Assembly: GCA_918797485.1 (NCBI GenBank)
Contig: CAKKNE010000004.1
Span: 62,001-126,000 of the forward strand
Direction: 5' to 3'
DNA: 64,000 nt
Origin: Pelagomonas calceolata
Taxonomy: Eukaryota
The first letter of the stretch is position 1, and each line of letters opens with the position of its first letter. A model generated the notes under the pieces. That model saw only the letters and a program-made list of their open reading frames with translations, had not been told where the DNA came from and searched no databases. The position numbers and the translations under genes were made by a program. Shown here in pieces: positions 45,178-54,544 of the stretch.

Positions 45178-47352
45178 ATGCCGAAGCCAGTCACGGAGGA
45201 TGAAAAGCGGCAGCGCAAAGAGACTGCGCTGGCGGTCCTGCGGGATGCGGGCCCCGACGACTTCCAAACGCTGGACGCATTCCACACGCGCGTCGGAGAA
45301 TCCTTTGGTGCTTCCGTACACGTCGGTAGATCTGTATGCCTGGAAGCGCTGAAAACGCTACCGTCCGACCACGTGCTGCGCCAGAGGTACGCCGCCATCA
45401 AGGAGCGGTCGCAGAGCAGCAGCGCCAAGTCCGCGGCGGCGAAAGTAGGCCAGATCGCTATCGAACCTCAGAGCCTCGACGAGGCGCGCGCGGACCGCCA
45501 AAGCTACGCCGAGGCTCGACGCGGTCTTTCGACGGGGGCGACGGCGGAGCGGCTCCGGCGGGAGTTAGACCTCGCGTCGAAGGCGATGGCGGTCTCGGTC
45601 AAGGCGATCTTCGCCGCGAGCCGCGAGTGCGCGTGCAATACGGCGCTCGCGGGCAGCGTGGAGAGCTTCGAGGAGGGCGTCGGGCTCGTAACCTGCTGCA
45701 TGGCCGTGAACACGCCGGTGAACGCGCCCGTCTACGTCCGGACGGCGTTTGTGGAGTACGCGGGCGAGCGCGCGGACCAGTTCTTCGAGAAGCGGGCGGC
45801 GGCGATCCGCGAGGAGGAGGAGACCGAGCGGAGATACCAGGCGGCGACGCAGCCGGGACAAGGGGCGTTTCCAGGCCGCTACGACATGGCGTCCACGATC
45901 GCGGCCTCGGGCGTCGATGGCCGAGGCGTCGCCGCTCTCCGGGTGCTGGACCCGAAGGACCTCGAGCCGCTCTACTTGCAGGCGCTGGCCGTCAAGGACA
46001 AGCGGCCGTCGCGCGGCGCCAAAACTAAGGGCGACGACGCGCGGCACGCGAAGGCCGGCGACGCTTATACTAGCCTCCACGGCGTCCTCCGCCCTCCGGC
46101 AGTCCTCGCGCGGGAGCCTGGGTGGTTCGCACGCACCCGTGATCGGGGCCTCGCGTATCGGGGCCTCGCGTCGGACGAGCGCGAGGAGAAGATCGAGAAG
46201 ATCGCCGACGCGCTGGAGCTCGACAACAAGCTCCTGTTCTCGAAGCGTGCCGTCGTGATGCCGGAACGCGCCTCCGCCACGTACGGCCGCCTGGCGCCGA
46301 CGCCGCTCGACTCCAGCAAGCAGCTTCAGCTCGCGAAGAAGGTCGCGCACCTCGGAAGGGGCCGCTTCATGCTCGCCGCGATCCGCGCCAACGGCGAGCC
46401 CATCTTGATCGTCGCTGGGCGCGGGATGTGCATGGACATGCACGTGGGCATCCCTCCGCCGCCTGTCAAGGCCGCCGACGCCGAGACGCGGCTGCGCACC
46501 AGGACGACGGTGGCGAACTCGCACGACCTCCTCCAGCGCTACGACCGCGGCGCGGCGCAGCTGATGGCGGCGCTGCGGCGCGTCATTATTAAGATGAAGC
46601 TGTCGGGGGCCGACGTCGCGGTGCTCGTCGACCGCATCCTCGACCAGATCGACGGCCGCTGCGAGGACGTCGCGACGGGTGCGGCGCCGACGCGCGGCGC
46701 CGTGCCGATGTATGATAGTGAGGACGAGGGGACGCTCGGCCAGTGCCCGCCGGGCGTCGACGAGGAGGACTGGGCGGTCCTGAAGAAGGGCGAGGAAGCG
46801 GGCTCGTTCGCGCGCCTCGCGCTGGCGAGCGACTTCGCCGCGGCCGCGAGCTCGCTCCTCGGCAAGCTGCGCGCGGCCGGGCCGAACACCAAGTGCGGCG
46901 GCGTCGACGCGTCCGAGGACGTCGAGGTCCCGGCCGGCGGCGAGGCGCCGCCGGACGACCAGGCGCCGCCGCCGCCGCCGCGGGGCGCGAAGCGCGGCAA
47001 GAAGATGCCGCCGGGCGAGGAGGCCGGTCCCATGGACTGGATCACTTCGTTCGCGCCGCTGGAGTTCGACTGGGTGGTCAAGGCGGACGTCGAGCGCGCG
47101 CCGGCCTGGGCCAAGCCGATCGGCGAGGACAACGCTGACGAGCGCCTCCTCGACTTCTGGCTGCGCTTCTCCCGGGGCATGGCCGCGTCCATCCCAAAGT
47201 TCAAGTACGTCGTCCTCAACCCGTCGAACGCCGCGGCGGCCGACGTCCAGGGCCTCGTCAAGGCCGTCGACGAGTGCGCCGCCGAGCGCAAGGCTGCCGA
47301 TGCGACCGATTCCGCGCCGGCCGCGAAGCGCCCGCGGCTCGTCGAAGCCTAG
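45178..47352 (+). CDS. Orphan protein (~724 aa) with C-terminal NLS-like motif
   Basis: Long intronless ORF with high GC3; ends PAAKRPRLVEA*; no family recognised. Confidence 0.75.
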   Translation: MPKPVTEDEKRQRKETALAVLRDAGPDDFQTLDAFHTRVGESFGASVHVGRSVCLEALKTLPSDHVLRQRYAAIKERSQSSSAKSAAAKVGQIAIEPQSLDEARADRQSYAEARRGLSTGATAERLRRELDLASKAMAVSVKAIFAASRECACNTALAGSVESFEEGVGLVTCCMAVNTPVNAPVYVRTAFVEYAGERADQFFEKRAAAIREEEETERRYQAATQPGQGAFPGRYDMASTIAASGVDGRGVAALRVLDPKDLEPLYLQALAVKDKRPSRGAKTKGDDARHAKAGDAYTSLHGVLRPPAVLAREPGWFARTRDRGLAYRGLASDEREEKIEKIADALELDNKLLFSKRAVVMPERASATYGRLAPTPLDSSKQLQLAKKVAHLGRGRFMLAAIRANGEPILIVAGRGMCMDMHVGIPPPPVKAADAETRLRTRTTVANSHDLLQRYDRGAAQLMAALRRVIIKMKLSGADVAVLVDRILDQIDGRCEDVATGAAPTRGAVPMYDSEDEGTLGQCPPGVDEEDWAVLKKGEEAGSFARLALASDFAAAASSLLGKLRAAGPNTKCGGVDASEDVEVPAGGEAPPDDQAPPPPPRGAKRGKKMPPGEEAGPMDWITSFAPLEFDWVVKADVERAPAWAKPIGEDNADERLLDFWLRFSRGMAASIPKFKYVVLNPSNAAAADVQGLVKAVDECAAERKAADATDSAPAAKRPRLVEA

Positions 47353-47410
47353 GCGCCTAAGTGTGCTGTGAACACAAGTTATGAATTACGAGGGCCCCGG
47401 ACGCGAAAGC

Positions 47411-47586
47411 CACGCTCGGCGTGCTCTTCGCCTCGCCGTCGACGAAGAAGAAGAAGCCCGCCGCGACGCGCGCGACGCGTTCGTCGACGCGCGCGAAGCG
47501 CAGCTAGACGGCACCACTCGTTCGCTCTCACGTTTTAATCAGCATAAGTTAGACTTCTAGTCGCGCTTCGTCGCGCGCGTCGAGGG
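47411..47586. repeat. Right copy of the direct repeat: orphaned 3' fragment of gene A fused to the true end of gene B
   Basis: Encodes TLGVLFASPSTKKKKPAATRATRSSTRAKRS* without an upstream gene; overlaps the stop of 47557-48558. Confidence 0.97.
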
Positions 47587-48558
47587 CGCGCGCGGCGGCG
47601 CGGCGCCGCAGTGCGCCGGCAGCCGCAACATCAAACGCACCGCCGCCTCGGCGACGCGCGGCGGCGTCGCCGCTGCTATATGGCCGCCCAGGACCGCCGG
47701 CGCCGCGTTCGACAATAAAGAGAGCGCGCCTATAATCAACCGCGCGCGGCCCGGCGCCAGCGGCTCATACTCAAACACGCCGTGGGGGTTGCGCATCAGA
47801 TAATAAGAAACGGACGCGACGGCCCCAAACAAAAACGCGGCGTAGCTCCGCTCCTTGCCGCGCCGCCGCTCGCCCCACAAATCTAAAGCGTGCACAGACA
47901 ACCCGCCGCCCGACGCGCCGAAGGCCCCGGCCATCAATGTACTGAACACCGAAGAACGCGGCTTCGGGTGGATCGCGCTTATGGCCTTGTCGGCGCCCCA
48001 CGACGTCACGGCGTGGCCCGTGCTGAGCGCAGCACCAATCGCAATCATTGATTTTATGATTTTGTGCTGGTACATACGATAGAATAAGTCCAAGGGGCAG
48101 CTCACACTCAACCAAAAAGCTAATAGCAGACTGCGGCACGCCGTCGGCGACGTCGTCCAGGACGCGGGCTGGCCTAATAAAAGGCCGACGAGCGTCGTGC
48201 CGCCGAACTGCATGAGGCAGCAGCACGCTAGCGCCAGGAACCAGGGCGTCTTTTGCTTGTTCTGTTCTAATCTCGCCCGGAACGCGCAGCAGCACACCGT
48301 GCTCCCGAAGAAGTCCATGGTCGAGAAGCGGAGCCATGTGATGGTATCAGTGATCCCGATTATAGGGAAGGCGTGGCTCTCGCAGGCGGCGTAGAAGTCT
48401 ACCATGGCGTCGTAGCCCGGCGGCGCGTCCTCCATCAAAGCTGTGGCGACTAAGAGTGCTATGATGATTGCGCTGGCGGCGGCGAAGCCTACTTCTATCG
48501 CTGTGTTTATCTTTTCATCGGGCGAGGCCTCGTAGGTGCGGTGCAGGGCGGAGAGCAT
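47557..48558 (-). CDS. TRIC/TMEM38-like multi-pass membrane protein (host gene B)
   Basis: PWFLALACCCLMQFGGTTLVGLLLGQP and AGAFGASGGG glycine-rich helices. Confidence 0.7.
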   Translation of the reverse strand: MLSALHRTYEASPDEKINTAIEVGFAAASAIIIALLVATALMEDAPPGYDAMVDFYAACESHAFPIIGITDTITWLRFSTMDFFGSTVCCCAFRARLEQNKQKTPWFLALACCCLMQFGGTTLVGLLLGQPASWTTSPTACRSLLLAFWLSVSCPLDLFYRMYQHKIIKSMIAIGAALSTGHAVTSWGADKAISAIHPKPRSSVFSTLMAGAFGASGGGLSVHALDLWGERRRGKERSYAAFLFGAVASVSYYLMRNPHGVFEYEPLAPGRARLIIGALSLLSNAAPAVLGGHIAAATPPRVAEAAVRLMLRLPAHCGAAPPRAPSTRATKRD

Positions 48559-48944
48559 CCTGTTTTGCTTGTCAGTGGTGTAGTTCAGCAGCGGTTTCAA
48601 AGCACGCGTGTACACGCGTACAGCGGCAGTTCAGGAGCTGTTACTCTGTAACAATTGAAGCAAAACAACGCGCAGGACGCCGCGCGCAATGGGAGTTGCT
48701 TCGATGGTGGCTTACTTCCGCTAGGTAACCCTCTTTGGCGCGCGCGAAGTGTCTTGCGATACTTTATAGTATCGTCTCGTCTCGTGATAAGACGAGTGCA
48801 TTTCGTGCGGGCTCTCTCGATCTGCCCAAAAAAAGTAAAGATTGTCTTGTGATTGTGCTGTGGTATAACAGCTATACCACAGCTTTAGGCAGCCCGACCG
48901 ACCGAACAGGCTCGTTGCGCAGCAGTCGAACCAAAAATAACGCA

Positions 48945-49929
48945 ATGCCTACCATGTTCCGCAAGCGGAAGGATGCCAACGAGGAGACCTTGGCCATGGG
49001 CCGCGTCGTGGGCGTGCGCAACGCCTCGCCGGCGCACCGCGTCGCGGCGCTCCAGGAGCGCGAGGGCGCCTCGGAACGCATCGCGCTCACGATGCAGAAG
49101 AGTTTTCGCGGCATGAAGGGCCGCGCTGCGAAGTGGTACTGGGAGGAGAGCGCGGCGCAGCGCGGGAATCAAGCACCTCTACGCCGTCGACGTGACTCGT
49201 TTGATCGCCGCGCAGGTCCGGAGCGCCTCCGCAAGCACGCCAACATCAAGAAAGGCACGCGCTGGGTGCCCTTCGACAAGGCCACGACGAAGAAGCTCGA
49301 GGATGCGGGTTCCAGGGTACAAATCAAATTTCGCGGCGCTCCGCTCGACGGCGTGGCGGTGCGGTCCTACTCACTGGTGATCAACGCACAGGCCTACTCG
49401 AAGCACGGGCCCGAGTCCGGGCTGCACCACGTCTACGTGTCGGCGACGCACGTCGTGGACTTAAAAGAGATGACGCAGAAGAACGTGCAGACCGGTGTGA
49501 GTTAGATTATCCTGAGAAGTATTCCTTTCACGCCATCGAGCCGACGCGGCCACGGGGACAACGTCGCGTCGATGGCGTGGGGCGCCTGAAATTCGATATC
49601 CACAGGTAAAGACCCGCTACTCGCGACGTATTTTACGCGAGGTCGTGAAGCTCCCCGGCGCGGAGGCGGAGTTCATGGCGCTCGTCTCGCAGTTCTCGAG
49701 GGACGTCGCGCCGCTGGCGAAGCAATTGGTTGGCACCCTGGTGACGCTGGTGGGCATCTTATTGAAACTCGGCATGAAACTCGTGGACGTCGGGCGCCAG
49801 CTTTTCAATGAGCGCACCGCCGACATGCGGGAGGCCGCGGCCGAGAAGAAACAGCGGGCGCTACGGGCCGCGGCTGCCAAAGCGCGCGCGACGGCGGACG
49901 CGCTCGACGCCGCGGCACGTGCTGGGTAA
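48945..49929 (+). CDS. IQ-motif plus WWE-like domain protein; 4 exons (48945-49149, 49216-49304, 49392-49496, 49606-49929)
   Basis: MQKSFRGMKGR; spliced WYWEE...WVPFDKATTKKLEDAY...VVDLKEMTQKNVQTGVKTRYSRR. Confidence 0.8.
49150..49215 (+). mobile_element. Decayed Introner GC-AG intron (66 nt, in frame)
   Basis: GC + 6 nt, then cagcgcgggaatcaa ... acgccgtcgacg ... ttgatcgccgcgcag. Confidence 0.75.
49305..49391 (+). mobile_element. Decayed Introner GC-AG intron (87 nt, in frame)
   Basis: GC + 6 nt, then cagggtacaaatcaaatttc ... ctggtgatcaacgcacag; removal restores KKLED|AY. Confidence 0.8.
49497..49605 (+). mobile_element. Introner-derived intron (109 nt)
   Basis: gtgagt donor; inverted cores acgccatcga / tcgatggcgt; end ggggcgcctgaaattcgatatccacag. 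Confidence 0.82.
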
Positions 49930-50055
49930 CAAGAAAAGGAATCCGTTCGTAGTCTTAGCGGCGCGCGCGGGGCCGGGGGATCGTCTCGTCCACGATCATG
50001 GCCAGGGGACCCGCTCTCGTCTCGCGGGCTGCGCGCGTCGCGGTGCGCCGGGCAC

Positions 50056-50884
50056 CTAGTACTGGTTTGACAAGTACTCGACCGTGTACTTGGTGTTGTA
50101 GCACTTGTTCGAGAACACGTCCTTGTTGTTGCTAGGGGACCCGTCCGTCGAGCCGATGCAGAACTTCTGAGTAAGGACGTAGTCGAGGTAGCCGTCGTAC
50201 TTCTGTCCTCTGCGAGGATTCCCGCCTCCCATGGGCAAGGTGATCTGCTGGCGCTGGCCGCCGCTGTTGTCGATCCACTGGCACTCCTGCATCTGGATGG
50301 GCGAGCCTCCATTGCTGTACTGGCCGTTGCGCCCGTAGAGCGCGACACAGCCATCGTAATTGCCGTCTCTGGATAGGAAGCGCAGGTAGTATCTGTCGGC
50401 CTGGCCTGTGGAGGAATATTTCTCCAACCTAAACTTCTGAATGCCCTGTGAAGGGGAGTCACTCTTGGTGAAGAGTGTGACGCGGTTCAAATCATCGTCG
50501 CCGCCCAAAGGCGGGTCTTGAATCTTGTTACCCTCTGCGTGTAAACCACCGAGTGAGTCGGGCGTACCGATAGCGGGCGGGGGCGCCGCGAAATTTGATT
50601 TATGCGCTGCTAGAACTGTTCGGCACGCCGAGGCAGTAGTCCTTGCCTTTAAGACATATCTGTACGTCCCACGACCCGTTCAACTCCGACGATGGCAGCT
50701 TTTCCCCGCCGGTCGCCCCGAAGGACAGGTACTTCCCGACCGCCGCGGGCGCCTGGTAGCCCGCGACAGCGCATGCGATGCATAGAGCGGCCGCGGTGAC
50801 CTTGAACTTGGGCGACGCCGCCTTCGGCGCCGCGGCGATGAGGGGCTCGGCCTCGTCTTTCGGGATCGTCGTGTAGGTAGCCAT
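50056..50884 (-). CDS. Type II membrane protein with ricin-B/beta-trefoil-like domain; 2 exons (50884-50617, 50534-50056)
   Basis: N-terminal anchor VTAAALCIACAVAGY; YCLGV, GCVAL...PIQMQEC...QQ motifs; domain call tentative. Confidence 0.65.
50535..50616 (-). mobile_element. Decayed Introner intron (82 nt)
   Basis: cagcgcataaatcaaatttcgcggcgcccc ... ggtggtttacacgcag; the phase-1 junction joins the two ORFs. Confidence 0.75.
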
Positions 50885-51321
50885 GATTCAATTTGTAGGT
50901 GGTGTACACCTGCGTAGATATCGTTCGACTGACGCGCGTCGCGCGCGCCGCGCGTTGCCGATGAGGGTTTCTCCACGGCTGAATCGACTGTCGCGTGTGT
51001 GGGCAGACCGTTGGGCGGCGCGCGGGCGGGCGGGCGTGCCGCGCGCCGCGTTGCGGCTGTCACTCTCCTCGCCTGCTACTTAGGAAAATGAAAAAACGCG
51101 CTCCGCGAGCCCCGGGAGCGCGGCGCGTCGCTCGTCACAGCACGACTGAAACACGGATGCGCCGCCTTGGCAAATTTTGACGCGGGTAGACCACGTCACG
51201 GAGCAAAAAGGAAGCAAATTGGCCGGCGCAAAAAAAAGAGGATGAGCCTCATTTTGGACTACCGTCGACGCCCGTCGACGCGTCCCACCGATATATACTA
51301 TGTTAAAGAAGCAGGAGCCAC

Positions 51322-52220
51322 CTAGTGGCGCGTCGCGTCCCCGTGCGGCGCGGCGCCGTCGGCTGCATGAATTTTCGAGTTGAGGATGCGGCCCGGCACG
51401 ACGCCCGTGTCCATGCCGCCGACCTGCGTCATCTCGTCCAGCGCGTCCTCGGCGACGGGCTTGAAGTACTTGGGGTGGCGCGCTTCGGAGTCCTCCCAGG
51501 CGGCGTCCTCCGCGAGGAGGGTCGCGTAGTCCTTGGCGCACTCGTCCCGGTGCGTCGCGGCGGCCTCCGCGGCGAGCGTTCGGGCGGCGGTCGCCTGTTC
51601 GAGGTCGCGCGCGTCGAGGGCCCGGACCTTGGCGGCGGGTGCGCCGCTCCAGAGCTCCGTCGCGGGCACGGACGCGCCCGGCTCCAAGAGAGATCCGGGG
51701 CCCAAGTTGCCTAACACAGTGGCGCCGGCGCCTACGATAGCTCCGGCACCGACGACGGCGTTGCTCTCGACGGCGCCCAGGACAACAGCGTTTGGCCCGA
51801 CGAGCGCGCCTTCGCCCACCGGGCTCTTCACCACAGCTCCGTCGCCCACGTAGCCTTCGATGGGCAGGCGCGCGCCATTGGCCTCGACGACAGCGCCGTA
51901 GTTCACGGCGGCGGCGGCGCCTACCGCCACGTCGCCGATGAGCGTGGCCGTGGGTGCCTGTGCAAGAATTAAATTTCACGGCGCTTCTCCACGCCATCGA
52001 CGCGAAGTCCGGGACAGGTTGATTCCACACTGGTCGGCACAACAAATGCGCCGGCGGCCACGCTGGGCCTGGCGCCGTTCGCCTCGAGCTGGGCGCCGAC
52101 GTCCGCGGCGGCGGGCGGCGCATAGGCCATGAGCGACGCGCCGGCGCCGCGCAGGGCTACACCCACGGTCCTTAGGTGCGGCGCGAGGGTGCTCAGGATC
52201 TTCTCTGCGGCTTGCGCCAT
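51322..52220 (-). CDS. Gamma-carbonic-anhydrase-like hexapeptide-repeat protein (complex I accessory type); 2 exons (52220-52041, 51957-51322)
   Basis: Spliced AFV|APTATLIGDVAVG; left-handed beta-helix repeats; ELWSGAPAAKVRAL. Zn-binding histidines not evident. Confidence 0.85.
51950..52040 (-). mobile_element. Introner intron 52040-51958 (83 nt)
   Basis: TSD gtgccgac / gcacccac (5/8); cagtgtggaatcaa ... cgcgtcgatggcgtgg ... tgcacag. Confidence 0.88.
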
Positions 52221-52681
52221 GATTTTTTTCGATTCAATGCGTCTGTGGCGAGCAGCGAGGCGGCAGCGGCTGTGTGGCTGAGCTCAAGGCAGATGTGGTT
52301 TAGGCTTCAGCGGGGAGCAGCGCGGCCCGAGGAAGTTGGCGAACACACGCGGGCGGCTCGGTAAACAGCTAGAAACACGCGTCAGTGGCGGCGACGGCTT
52401 AGCTCGCTTGCGCGATGGCCCGGGGCAAAAACAGAGCTAGCGGCCTGTAACACACTAGCAAGCTATTTAATTTTTCGTGCCTATTGTTCGGGGGGTTTGC
52501 CGAGGGTCTTCTGCTTAGAAGGAAGTATGCTGTTATGAAAGACGCGGCAGGCACGCGCTCGCCGCCGAGGAATCGGCGACGCGCGGTGTTTCCTCCCGGG
52601 GCGCCGCCCACTGGTCCTAGCACCGCAACAGAAAAGTCGCGTCGGGCGCCCGCCACCCGAAGAAAAATACAACGAAGAGCT

Positions 52682-54072
52682 TTACCCCTCCGGCGGCGGC
52701 CGCGGCCCCCGCGGCTCGAGCGAGACGAAGTCCCGGATGTCGTCCACGAGCGTGTCGAACCAGCGCCTCGCTTCCGCGTCGTCCTCGTTACCAATATTCC
52801 GGATGGCCTTGTTGATGCCGATCAAATCAAACGTCACGGCGTTGGCGACGAGGACCGCGCGGTCGCGGTCGGGCCCCTTGGGCATGGCCTTTCTGGCTTT
52901 GCCCAAGACCGCTTTGCGGAAGTCGAGGTCCCACTGCTTCGTGAACTCGCGGAGCTCGCCGTAGTCCTTGGCGGCGATTTTTTGTTGCATGAACGCGAGG
53001 CCGCCGGTGCCGGCGCCCTTGAGCTCCTCGCGGATCGCGTCGAACTCCGGCCAGTCCGACGCATAAGCAGGCGGTGCTGCTGCGAAGGCTAGGAGAGGCG
53101 CGAACAAGCCTGTGTGGAAACCAACCAGTGAGTTACAACGCCGCGTCGATGGCGTGGGGCGCCCGAAATTTGATTTCCACACAGGAACAAACTCGACACC
53201 TGGCGCCGCGTCGCCGTTAATAAATCAGACGGCTGGTACGACTCGTCATCGATGACCAGCATCGTCGCGCCGATGGACCGCCCCCGGAACTGGAGGAGGT
53301 GCGCCGTGAGGCGCTGCAGCGCGGCGCGGCGCTCGCCCACGATCTGCAACGCGCGCGCAAGCGCCGCGCGCCGCTTGCTTCGATAGTCGTCCCGGAACAG
53401 CGACACCAGGATGCGCTCGTCGTGGGCGTGGAGCCTGGCGCGACCGTACTCGAGGGCCTCAGCAGCAGCACCAGCAGCAATAACCACCGCGTAGCGGTCC
53501 ACCAACTCCGAGTCCTCCCCGGACGTCAGCGCGTCCTGGAGCGCGCCGTCGCAGAAGGCCGACGCCGGCGCCGCGCGGTCCAAGCCGCCGACCTTGTTTT
53601 GCCAGAGCGCGTCGAAGGGCGTCAGTGTGCAGTCCACGGCCGGCACGCCCAAAGCGTACGACGCCAATAAATGACCCGCCTCGTGCGCCGCCACTCTTCT
53701 ATCGTCGCCGCTCTCGCCCGTCAGCACGTCGAAGGCGCTTAACTCGAAGCCCGTGCGCCGCTCGAAATCCTCGACATCAGCAAGGTTCGCGTCCTCGGAA
53801 TCAAAGGTCGGCGCGAGGCCCTCGCGCTTGGCCGCGTGGTAGGCCACGGCGACGCGGTCCTGGGCCCGCCTTCGTGCCCTACGCACGGCTTTATCGTTGT
53901 CATGGAAGCCGCCCTGGAAGACCTCGGACGGCTTGAACGTCTCCAGGCTGGTCGCGGCCGAGTCCAAGCGGTCCGCCGCGCGCGCGCGGGGGCTGTTGCT
54001 CGGAGTTAGTCCCAATAGCGCGTTGGCCGCCGCGAGCACGAGGAGGAGGTGGGCTGGATTGTGCCTCTGCAT
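52682..54072 (-). CDS. M41/FtsH-protease-like domain followed by a twin-arginine signal and a PsbQ-like helical domain; 2 exons (54072-53193, 53109-52682)
   Basis: RRVAAHEAGHLLASYALGVP, AAGAAAEALEYG; then TRRQVSSLFAPLLAFAAAPPAYA and a four-helix region. Confidence 0.7.
53102..53192 (-). mobile_element. Introner, short subfamily: intron 53192-53110 (83 nt)
   Basis: TSD gtttgttc / gcttgttc (7/8); TIR 14/15; similar to 7647-7739. Confidence 0.93.
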
Positions 54073-54544
54073 TTTTTGCCCCCGGGAGCGCCTCTGCTGT
54101 GTCGTCTCTTCTGGTCCAGCCGGGCACTTTGGTCCAGTAAGCGCTTTCACGTGGTTTTGCTTATAGCACCAGGTGGCCTCGTGTTGGAAAGCCCAGACCT
54201 CGAACGTCTACGACACCTGCGGCTTCAGAGGGGCTGTGCGCGCTCTGGATTTTGTGCATGCGCAAGAGCTGCTGGCTAGTGTGTCTTTACCGCCGCTAGC
54301 CTTTCCGGAGCGCTGCCGCGGACGGATACCCTCTTGAGAATAACACAGTAGCGACGCCACGACCGTATTTTGACGTGCGCGCTGGCTAGGACCGAGACGC
54401 GCGGGTCCGCGTCGAGACTCGACACGCAAGCGAAGAAGTCACAAACACAAGGACGCGCAATGTTACGTGCGGGAACTATACTTCATGCGAGCGACGGCGA
54501 CGGGGGAAGGAGAGGAGTGGGGGTCGATGTAGTGGTATATGTGT

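Noticed and set aside
50910..51000. TIR-like ctgcgtagatatc upstream of the 50884 start, a possible 5'-UTR intron
   Set aside because: No matching second end or donor could be fixed.
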